DNA of 64,000 bases, taken from positions 124,001 to 188,000 of the forward strand of contig NIVC01001131.1 of the NCBI GenBank assembly GCA_002269645.1, in the 5' to 3' direction. Each line of letters begins with the position of its first letter. The first letter of the stretch is position 1. The stretch comes from Macrostomum lignano. Lineage: Eukaryota. The notes below the pieces were generated by a model. The model was not told where the DNA came from. It worked only from the letters and a program-made list of their open reading frames with translations, and did no database searches. The position numbers and the translations under genes are program-made. Below, in pieces: positions 26,980 to 35,402 of the stretch.

Positions 26980-28570
26980 AACTACGCACAGCTTTGTGTT
27001 AAAAGGCACAGATAAAAATATTGAACTAATTGAATCAATTCATTGCGCAACCGATTTCTCAGTAAGTCAGTATCAGCCTCAGGTAAAGTTAACAAAAACA
27101 TTGCGCAATCTAAATCAACACTCCAATACACAGCAGCAGTGAGAAGTTGAACCCTCCCCCCAGCTTTATCTATTACGTCTCGCAAAACTGAGTACAATCT
27201 TTGCAGCAAGTTAAAAGTATGGAAATAGTTTTTTCAAATTCTGTGCTTTTTCTTTTCATATTTAAAGCAAACAACTTATATCCCCGAACTCAGCGTTGCA
27301 AGATCTTTCCAGCAATATAAGTTTCTCCTCTCAAAGTTTAAAACTCGAGGAACAGTTAGCGTTTGAAACTGTCTGATTTATAGCATTGAAGTATGGAGTG
27401 TACGTTCACTGCCTGCTTGCAAGTTGATGCATTGAATTTCAATGTCCAACAAATACACAGGGCTGCCCATTGAGAGGCAGGAAAACTTATCAGTAGCCAT
27501 ATCATTGCGCAATTATCTATACAGTCAGCCAGTGAGCCAGGGTCCAAGTGTACACACGCAGCCACTGAGAACGCTCCCACCCCCCACTGGAAAGAAAATA
27601 CACTACAGAGATAGGGAAAAGTTGTGGCGCAATCACTTGAAATTCATGCAAATTTTCAGCTCCAAGCAGAAAGAGGGGACAATTAAGATTATCAAAGGTC
27701 AAGACCGCCGTTTTCTGCTTTTTTGAGGATCTTAGAAATTAAAATTTCAGAATTAAAATAGCCTATAGCCGACCTCGGATAATTTCCAATCTTCCCATAT
27801 AAGTTTCAACGCTGAGTTGCCACTATTCAAGGAGGAGTTGTCGAAATGACAGACACACAGACAGACATACAGACAAACAACACGTCAACTTTAGTATAGA
27901 GACGAGTGGAACTCCTCCTTCGGAGGAGAAAGGGGAAGAACTCCCATCACCGGAATTCCATTCCTTGAAATCCATCAGCTGCATCCCATGACCCGAATCC
28001 CATCTTCCAAATTCTTTAAAAACATTTCAAAGACCATAGCTCAAAGACTCTCACGTCTCTCATATCTCCTCTCTTCTGTCTTTTCTATCCTTTCTATTCT
28101 TTCTTCTCTCCTCTCATTTTCTACCTTCTCTAATCTCTCATCTTTTCTCTCCTATTTTCTCACTCTCTTTTCTCATCGCATCTCTCATCTCTCCTCTCTG
28201 CACTATTATCTTTACCCTCTTCTTTCTCCTTACTGCTTATTTCTCATAACTCTCACATCTTTTCTGATCTTTTTTCTCTCTCCCTTCTCCTCTCTCTTCT
28301 CTCTCCTCTTTCTCTTCTCATCTCTACTCCCTTTATCTATCTCTTCTCCCTCGTCTTTCGTCTCTACTTTCTCCGCTCTCCTCTCCTCTCTCCTCTCTCC
28401 CTTCTCCTCTCATCTCTACTACCTTATTTATCTCTTCTCCCTGATTCCCTGGTAATTCGTCTCTACTCTTTCCTGTATCTCCCCCCTCTTTTCTCATATC
28501 TTCTCTCTCCTCTCTCAACTCTCATCCCTCATCTCACTCTACTTTCACCTCTACTCTCTCCTATCTTTTA
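10960..28570 (+). repeat. Six long polypyrimidine (CT-rich) blocks inside the long units
   Basis: Blocks at about 10960-11870, 13290-14335, 18135-19010, 20575-21420, 25150-26555 and 28050-28570; G nearly absent on +. The 18.1 kb and 20.6 kb blocks are near-identical. Confidence 0.9.
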
Positions 28571-29132
28571 TTTCCTTCCTATTGACTTTGACAATAAATT
28601 ATCTCTTGTAGACATTCTGATCAATGCTTGGCAATTGGTTGCTTTGATGATTTCTTTGCATTAACTGGTTTTTCGTACTCCATATTGCTTTCCCTGTGGA
28701 GCTTTGCAATATCCTCTTAAATCCTTGCACTCCTGTCACTCCCTCAGCATTTGAAATATCCCCTCAGAACTCTGCACCCCTGTCACGATCCCTCACCATT
28801 TGAATATCTCCAACGAAGATATTCTCATTCGCTAAGTAATTTCGTTTAAATGATTTAGGCAAGTTGGAAACGAAAGTTATTAATTGAATTTTTTAGAAAA
28901 AGGCCTCAACACGTGTAAATTTCAAGATTTCCTTCCCTTCTGGGCCTCATTTTACGAAGCCACATGCGTTCAGTTATGACTTAAAAGGCGTTTTAAGGCG
29001 TTTTGCATTGTGTAGAAGCAGGTTTAAAGTTAAAGTTTAGCAATTGATTTGAGATTTAGTATATAGTGATGATATAAGCTGTAATAATCATACATTGATG
29101 GAAATTTGTGAAGAAATTTGAGATAGATAGAT

Positions 29133-29265
29133 AGAGAGATAAAGCCTGCTCCGGAAAATTTGCAGTTTTCCCATATAAGTTTCGACGCTGACTTGGCAGA
29201 ATTGTAGGAGTTCACTTACAACATACAGACAAACAACACGTGAGTTTTAGTATTAAGAGAGAAGA
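29133..29265 (+). mobile_element. Solo copy of the array-unit terminal module (possible non-autonomous rolling-circle/HINE-like end)
   Basis: aaagcctgctccggaaaatttgcagttttcccatataagtttcgacgctgac...acagacaaacaacacgtgagttttagtatt stands alone in unique sequence. Family assignment is inference only. Confidence 0.45.
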
Positions 29266-29568
29266 GAAGAGGATTTTAAGATTGTTTAACATGTAGATCT
29301 AGCGGAAAAGTAGCTGTTTTCTCATTCATTATAGTTAATTGAATTAAATAATCTTACTTCATAGCTACGAGCGTAACATCGGAAGTGATTTATAGGCGCT
29401 GACTACTTGAGATGGTAGTTTTTTAAGAAACTAGAAGTACAAGCCATTAAAATAGAGCAGGCAATACATCCACTCATACATAATTAGAGATAACTGTGCA
29501 CACAGTCCACATTGACCCACGTACATTGGCATATTCATTGTGCTACAACCAACTAAACCCATTGCAAG

Positions 29569-29855
29569 GCTCTCTTGGAAACGCCGGCTTACGTATCTAA
29601 AGTGGTAATTCACACCGCGCCGCTACCTGACGCGGCAATGCAAAGCGCTCTCAACCAATTTATTATTTATGCTGGCGGAAGAACTTGCTATAGTCATAAT
29701 GCAGCATCTTCATTCTCCAGTCGATCGTTTCCGTGCGACACGTTCACCGATTACATCGAGTTGAGCAGCGATAGAAAGGATTCCGTAATGTCCCTGTGCG
29801 AAGTGGAAGTCTATGGAAAGGCGCTTGCGTTCCAGGAACTCGAAAATGGAGCTGC
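29569..29855 (+). CDS. Lectin gene AB copy 1, exon 3 (C-terminal half of F-type lectin/FTP-like domain 1)
   Basis: ag|GCTCTCTTGGAAACG...GCTGC|gtaagt; MSLCEVEVYG signature; paralog of 56820-57106. Exons 1-2 not found upstream in this copy. Confidence 0.8.
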
Positions 29856-31349
29856 GTAAGTTTGGGAAATTGCTCACAATTACGTAAAATAGTGGACCAA
29901 GGATGACTAACGTTTTTAGTATTAGCACATACTTTGTAGTATTGCGAAAATAATTGAGGCGTGAAACGCGGTGGTTCGTTTGCTTTAATTTTTCTTTAAT
30001 TGTTTTCCGTATGGAAAAGAAGAGAGACTTGAGTAATTGCGTGTTAGGGTGCTGTATATTTATATACGTGTTGAAAGAACATTCCGGAATCCGGAAAGTT
30101 CGAGAAGCAGTTTCAAGAAGGGGGTGCGCGGGAGTTCAAAATACCAAATATAGAAAGTGTGTGTTTACGCGGAAGTTTCTAGAATATAAGTATTGTACTT
30201 ACTGTACGCTATCTTATACCGTATACACGCGTTGTTTAGTTGGAGAACTTTCTAGAATACGAAGATTTAAGCATGTTATAGAATATTATAGAAAATAGAA
30301 ATACGCTACAATACTTATAATATAGTAAATACGCTACAACTACACCATTTCTGTATATAATCTTTACGAAGTTGAAGTAACACTCGGCACAAGAACGTGT
30401 ATCGCTTTTTATATTGATAGATTCACACTTTCTTTGAGTTTGATTCACATTCACACTATTAGAGCTTTTTCAAGAAAGTCTACTGAGGGCGCATAAATGA
30501 CAGGAAAGTTTATGTTGTTCCTATCTACCTCGTACCTAGGGTTTTTTTCTTTCTTGTCTGTTTTTTGTCAATCAAAATTCGCATATAGTGAGACGTCTAC
30601 CGGTTTTAAAGTCGATGGATATGCAACGATGAACAGGTAAATTTATGCACAGCCATTTTGATCGCAGATCAGTATTAAATAGTTAATACTGTTTGAAGGG
30701 CTCCTTGTTTTGGTTGTTTATATAAACTTTCAACTTCGAATTCGTCAAAAACTAGTTATAATTCGACGAAGTGAGTGAAATAGGTCACTTTTTATATACT
30801 CGAAGCCATGGGTGTGTATTAAAATGTAAAAATGAATGCACAGCGAAAAATGGAATGCAGATAAACCAAAAAAAAAACTGAAGAACCGTTCCCTAAGTAA
30901 GTCAACGCTAGTCGAAATGATAAGTCTGTAGTATTTTGACACGAAGCATCAATCAAAAATGTCAGTGTAGGTCAAGCAGTGTGGGCTGTAGCGGAATTAC
31001 TATTGTTACTCTACAACTAGACATTACGAGCTGCTCCACCATATAGCACTAGGATTAGCTGCGTGCATGCCTGACGAACTCGAAGTTGAAAAATCATTTA
31101 ACACTGCTTAGCTTAACAATACTACCACAGAAAATAATAGTAATTGCCACAATTGTTTAGTCACCCAGAGGCAATTCCTTCGGCGACATCGTTCCACAAC
31201 CAACGGTGAGGGAATCCTGTCCTGAGCAAGCGAACCAATACACTCACTACACTCACCAATACTTCATAAACACGCTCGTACAGAGTGTACGGCAAATTAT
31301 CAGTGTATATAGTTACGAGCGTATATATATTTTTTTGCACTCTAACATA

Positions 31350-31710
31350 AGTAGTAGGAAAGTGGTACCCTCTACCGCCATCGCACGGGATTGGCCGGGG
31401 CACCCGGCCAATGAGAGGAGAGCTAGGGCCCTTAAAGACGCCTACCCCGACCCCAGACCCACCACCGCCACGCACCCACCCCCGACCCAAGACCCAACAC
31501 CGCCACGCACCACCCCGACCCAAACCGGGCCCCCCAAAGATGCCCACCCCGACCCCAAACCGGGCCCGCCAAAGACGCCCACCCCGACTCCAAACCCACC
31601 ACCGCCGCACCTACCTCCGACCCCAAACCGGGCCCCCCAAAGATGCCCACCCTGACCTCAAACCGGGCCCCCTCCTGTCCTGCACCCCATCCCATACCAA
31701 GGCCCCCTAC
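31350..31710 (+). repeat. Left terminal inverted repeat of the Maverick
   Basis: Reverse complement of ~40600-40955. First ~65 nt match, then C-rich internal subrepeats (cccgaccccaaacc) that differ in number and order between the ends. Confidence 0.9.
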
Positions 31711-32173
31711 TGTCCTGCGCCTTGCTCCATCCCATATAGCAAGGTCCTTCTATCCTGTACTCTAACCAAAACCAATTCCGCCCTCCTAATTCCTAAACCT
31801 AGTCTTATTACCTGTCTCACTTACCGCCTTTAAAGCTAGCCAAGGCAAAACCCTCATTCCATGCTTTGGTTGTACTCTATCTTGCTGTGGCGGGTACAGC
31901 GTGAGGTCGTTAGACCTAGAACGCTACTTCTTGGCGGCCAGAGGGCCGCAAGAAGGTCCCGTCACCTCCTGTTACGTTGATGACTGAGACTTTGTTAAGG
32001 CCTGAGTTCCTGCGAAAGGACTGCTGTGTGGGAGTTGGATTCGGGGTTCGGATTGGTTATTGCTATGGAGCGCGAGCTGGTTTCTAAATGGCTGAGTGGT
32101 CCCCGGAAGGGCTCTTGATTTGCCAATAGTTCCTGCCAGAGGGCTGTTGTGTGGGGTTGGATTCGGGGTTCGG

Positions 32174-32231
32174 ATTGGTTATTGCTATGGAGCAAGAGCT
32201 GGTGTTACTTACCAACTCCCGTCGTATATAA
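32174..32231 (+). promoter_or_regulatory. Putative promoter of the PC4-like ORF (inverted CCAAT 32174-32178, TATATAA 32225-32231)
   Basis: TATA-like box 50 nt upstream of ATG 32281. The ATTGG lies within a ~60 bp element present twice (~32022-32082, ~32142-32205). Confidence 0.55.
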
Positions 32232-32280
32232 TCTCGCGCACAGCCGGAAGGAAAGCTCACAGTTTTTGACAGTGAACAAA

Positions 32281-32928
32281 ATGAACTTTAAGACATTATC
32301 GAACAGATTTCGAATCGGCGTCAGGTCGCACTCGAAGTGCATCAGCATCAGAAAGTGGTACAAATTTGCCGAAGAGTATCGACCAGGTCTGCCTGGCATG
32401 GAGCTCACCATCCACCAGTTTTGCCACTTGGGCAGCCTGAAGGAACGACTGGAAGAGTTTGCAAGAAAGTGTATCGATGCGCAATGCCTTCCTGGCGGCA
32501 ACAGGCAAGTGGTTGTGCAAAATGGCGTAATCACACTCTGGCGCCTTCCAACTGTACTCGGACCGCCGGTGCACCTAAGGCACGCCTTACCGCTTCCTAC
32601 AACACTTTGGCGCGAAGTCTGGGCTCAAAAGCAATGGGTCCTAGACAAAATTGACAAGCGAGAGCCTCCGGTCGAGCCACCGATCGGCAATCCATGGTGG
32701 ATGGGATACCACCCTACGGAGCCTGAAGAGTGTGCAGCATGGGCAGCAAGGCTTACACTCGACCAACTGATGCAAGTACCTGACAGGCAGCCGGCAGAGT
32801 GGGACCACCACTGGGAGGCCTTCCAGGTAGTTCAGGCTGAATTTAGAAAGAGATTTACATTCGAAACTCTGGAAGAGCCACCAAAGCTGAGAAGAACCTA
32901 CAGCCTTCATTCCACCAGCCACCAATGA
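32281..32928 (+). CDS. PC4/Sub1-like (p15 coactivator, ssDNA-binding fold) protein, possibly two repeats, 215 aa
   Basis: ISIRKWYKFAEEYRPGLPGMELTIHQFCHL resembles PC4 IDIREYW...MKPGRKGISL..EQW..L; a weaker second match at GGNRQVVVQNGVITLWRLP...LPLPTTLWREV. ATG 32281 (aaaATG) preferred over the tracked GTG start at 32149. Recalled motif, not searched. Confidence 0.6.
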   Translation: MNFKTLSNRFRIGVRSHSKCISIRKWYKFAEEYRPGLPGMELTIHQFCHLGSLKERLEEFARKCIDAQCLPGGNRQVVVQNGVITLWRLPTVLGPPVHLRHALPLPTTLWREVWAQKQWVLDKIDKREPPVEPPIGNPWWMGYHPTEPEECAAWAARLTLDQLMQVPDRQPAEWDHHWEAFQVVQAEFRKRFTFETLEEPPKLRRTYSLHSTSHQ

Positions 32929-33400
32929 AGCGACGCGCAATGCATGAAGCGACAACTGGTCATTTCGTCAATTAACTTTTTTTAAATATAGTTTTGAACC
33001 ATAGTACTGATTATGCACTGTTGTATATATTGCTTTGTCAATACTGGCCATAATATTGCCCCATCATGCTTTGATTCCGGGCGATAATACTGTTTTTGTA
33101 AATACACGCGACGGGCCTTAATACTGCCCTTCCATTCTTCGTAAACTTTTTTGTGCTAAAACGAGCTTTAAACACGTAATTTTATGCTTTGCAATCCATG
33201 GACCTGCCAATAAAATAAACAAAACAAAAAACATTTCATTTTCGTAAGCATTGTTGTACAAACACTATAGTCGCATTCCCGTTTATTTTTTCTTATCTTT
33301 TGTACACAAAAAATACAGAAGTAAAGTTATAGGAAAAATATTATTATTATTACTCAGTGCATAGGCAGATCTCACTACTACTGTTATGCCGTAGAGGAGC

Positions 33401-34000
33401 TCAATCAGAGTCCAGCAAAGTAGGTTCGGATGCTTGGTCTGCATGCAAAATGCGGGAGAGGGCATCAGCTGCAGTCTGAGCCTCAACCACGCTGCGAGCG
33501 CCAGCTATTATACAACGATACGAATGAAACAAAATCAACTTTACAGAGGCATTAAACTTGAGCACAAGTCCGTTAAACATTTCCGGCTCGTAGGTGGCCC
33601 GATGCGGCCATTTAGACTTGACTTCCCCCAACCGGAGTGGATGCCGACCCGCGGAAAAGGCCGTCACAGAGGTAATAGTCTTGATGCAAATCTGGGGCAG
33701 ACTGGTCAATCGCAAGAAGTCCGCACACAGCCTCACAATATTCTCCGTCTCTGCGAGAGCCTCCTCCATGCTTTTGGCTCCACAGACAGACACTTGTCCG
33801 GTCGGATACACCAGCGCGGTTACTCGATGCTGCCCGCTCTTCATCACCACTGCCAGTGTTCGAGGATGAACCAGGCGATGGCGGATTGTGTGATACTGAG
33901 GCAGATGAAGTGTCAGGAAATTCGCTAGTTGTGGCAGACCCACCCGGGTCGCCAGGTCGGCTCCTGTCACGATGTTTGTCACGCGAATTGTTGCGACCAT
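33401..34000 (-). CDS. TBP: Divergent intronless TATA-binding-protein homolog (core only, 199 aa)
   Basis: Both TBP repeats are recognisable: VTNIVTGADL (cf. LQNIVSTVNL), AVVMK...TALVYPTGQVSVCGAKSMEE (cf. AVIMR...[20 protein letters not shown]), PLRL...YEPEMFNGLV...LILFHSYRCIIAGARS (cf. PIRL...YEPELFPGLI...LLIFVSGKVVLTGAKV). Confidence 0.88.
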   Translation of the reverse strand: MVATIRVTNIVTGADLATRVGLPQLANFLTLHLPQYHTIRHRLVHPRTLAVVMKSGQHRVTALVYPTGQVSVCGAKSMEEALAETENIVRLCADFLRLTSLPQICIKTITSVTAFSAGRHPLRLGEVKSKWPHRATYEPEMFNGLVLKFNASVKLILFHSYRCIIAGARSVVEAQTAADALSRILHADQASEPTLLDSD

Positions 34001-34045
34001 CTTTAGACAATCGAGAGAAACGCCAGTGCCTGCTGCAGATCGCTA

Positions 34046-34081
34046 CTTTTATAGACCCGTAGCCGCGAGGCCGCAGCCAAT
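34046..34081 (-). promoter_or_regulatory. Putative promoter of the TBP-like gene (TATAAAAG 34053-34046; CCAAT 34077-34081)
   Basis: Canonical TATAAAAG about 50 nt upstream of ATG 34000, with a CCAAT box about 25 nt further upstream. Confidence 0.6.
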
Positions 34082-34510
34082 CAGCGTACAGCGCCACTTT
34101 GGCCAGGGCGCAGGTTAGCACGTACTTTGAGGCACTCGGAAAGGCTAGGTGTGCTAGGTCGTAGACAGGCTGCAGCAGCAGACGCGACAGGAACTGGCAC
34201 TTGACATCCCCCTTGCTAAATATCGGGCCTTGCAAGTGAGAGATATCGCTCCAGAGACAAGAGTAGGGTCGGAACCCACTCCTGTCCCAGTCTAGACCGT
34301 GCCGCTTATTGGTGAGCCAGTAGCAGGTTCGTCGCTGTCCTCGATCAAAGAGCTCAAAGCTGTGCGGCGGTCGGTAGCAATAGTAATGAGCCGTCGTTTG
34401 ACCGCATGCAAACTCAACCCATGCAATTTCTTAATCACAAAGTCCTCTGTTTTGTAGAGGTGCGGAAATCCTTCAAAATCATTGACAATCATCTTGGCCA
34501 CTTGATCCAC
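34060..34510 (-). pseudogene. DEDD-like exonuclease ORF, frameshifted near 34430
   Basis: MDQVAKMIVNDFEGF...EDFVIK, then after a 1-nt shift EIAWV...YRPPHSFELF...WLTNKRHGLDW...SKGDVKCQFL...CALAKVALYADWL; resembles a D-x-E exonuclease family I recall from Polintons. The 3' end is approximate. Confidence 0.5.
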
Positions 34511-35080
34511 TTGCCGTATCCTTTCTGAGACTGAGTCTTCTTATAGCCTTGCAGTCGAGGTTTTTTAGGACTGGAATTTTCTTCCCGAGGCTTTTCCAGC
34601 AATTTTGTAGTGTTCAGACCAACTGCAGACAGAGGCACGTGGTTTTCTTGAAGACACGTAACAAACTCATTAATCCCATTCGGTGGCTGAAGGTACTTAG
34701 AGTACGTATCTTTAACTATGAAATGCAGCAGGTCCACGATTTTGAGTTGTACAACGGTTTACCATTGACAGAAACTCCATACGTATCATCTATGCTAATC
34801 GACTTGCACTTTATGGTTATGAAGCTAATCAATGCCTGCAGACGATGATGCCATTTCTGATTCACCGTCAGATATAGCACCTCCTTCCACTGCGGTTCTT
34901 TGTGAATTACTGGAGTTCTTGGGTCGCACTTGCCTGCAGCTGCTGCAGGCAACGCTCGTCCCTATTCTTGCGCAACTGTTTTTCCGCCTCTAGCTCGGGT
35001 TCACAGACTGTCTCCATGCCCCTCTGATTCACAAGTGCCTCATACTGCAACCGGGGTACCAGTATCATTTCCTTGTACAT
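34489..35080 (-). pseudogene. PZ: Polinton PZ-like ORF with two frameshifts (~34910, ~34742)
   Basis: Starts MYKEMILVP. Later segments GVSVNGKPLYNSK(I)VDLLHFIV...PPNGINEFVTCLQENHVPLSAVG match the recalled S-N-I-x-D-L...P-x-G...F...L...N-V-P motif. Confidence 0.5.
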
Positions 35081-35372
35081 GTCTTTTTATACAGGTGAGA
35101 ATCAGAGGAAGACAACGAAGGATGTGCGGGTGTGAGAGATTGCGCCGAGCCTTTTTCACACTTTTGCTTTGTGCAACAAGCCGGAGAGTATTTCGATATC
35201 GCCTGAGTCTCCGCTTCAAGCTATCTTCACAGCCAACTTTTCCTGCTAGTAAGTTGATAATACACTCGACCAAACAGCAAATGGTGCTTTTATTTGCATA
35301 GGTAAGTATGCAGCGACGCAAGGATATAGTGCCCTCACAAAAGACAGTTATTAGTGCAATGTGTTTATTCAT
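35040..35372 (-). CDS. Small conserved Polinton ORF downstream of the ATPase (110 aa, basic)
   Basis: CLVECIINLLAGKV...LRRYRNTLRLVA resembles the recalled E-C-x-x-N-x-L-x-G...L-x-x-Y-K-x-x-L-R small ORF; expected position. Confidence 0.55.
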   Translation of the reverse strand: MNKHIALITVFCEGTISLRRCILTYANKSTICCLVECIINLLAGKVGCEDSLKRRLRRYRNTLRLVAQSKSVKKARRNLSHPHILRCLPLILTCIKRHVQGNDTGTPVAV

Positions 35373-35402
35373 GTTTAACTCAGTGCAGATACTGAGCCAT
35401 TC

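Larger units (their letters stand above)
8690..28570 (+). repeat. Tandem array of composite 1.1-2.9 kb units punctuated by (GGTTAG)n tracts
   Basis: Same ordered blocks in each unit: (GGTTAG)n; ttgcgcaa-containing block; aaagcaaacaacttatatccccgaactcagcgttgcaagatctttccagcaatataag core; variable middle module; ggaaaatttgcagttttcccatataagtttc...acaaacaac...ttttagtat; ctcctcc-nnn-ggaggag hairpin; optional CT block; gaaatcctctccgtgaaactg subrepeats. Confidence 0.9.

Noticed and set aside
11150-28518. Many Leu/Ser-rich ORFs (up to 298 aa) and their Glu/Arg-rich antisense ORFs
   Set aside because: CT-only DNA lacks stop codons in several frames at once; low complexity, non-ATG starts, no domains.
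8690-28570. Telomere-targeting retrotransposon (TRAS/SART/Athena type)
   Set aside because: No reverse transcriptase or endonuclease ORF and no poly(A) tails at the junctions.
30497-30636. Possible signal-peptide exon for a separate FTLD2-WSC gene
   Set aside because: The paralogous sequence has stops and no donor; exon 3 to exon 4 splicing fits the phase and explains the gene.
31161-31833. Pro/Gly-rich ORFs over both TIRs (also 40245-41050)
   Set aside because: By-products of GC-rich subrepeats; they cross the element boundary.
33401-34000. Host TBP gene
   Set aside because: Intronless, highly divergent, inside the TIRs and absent from the empty paralogous site.
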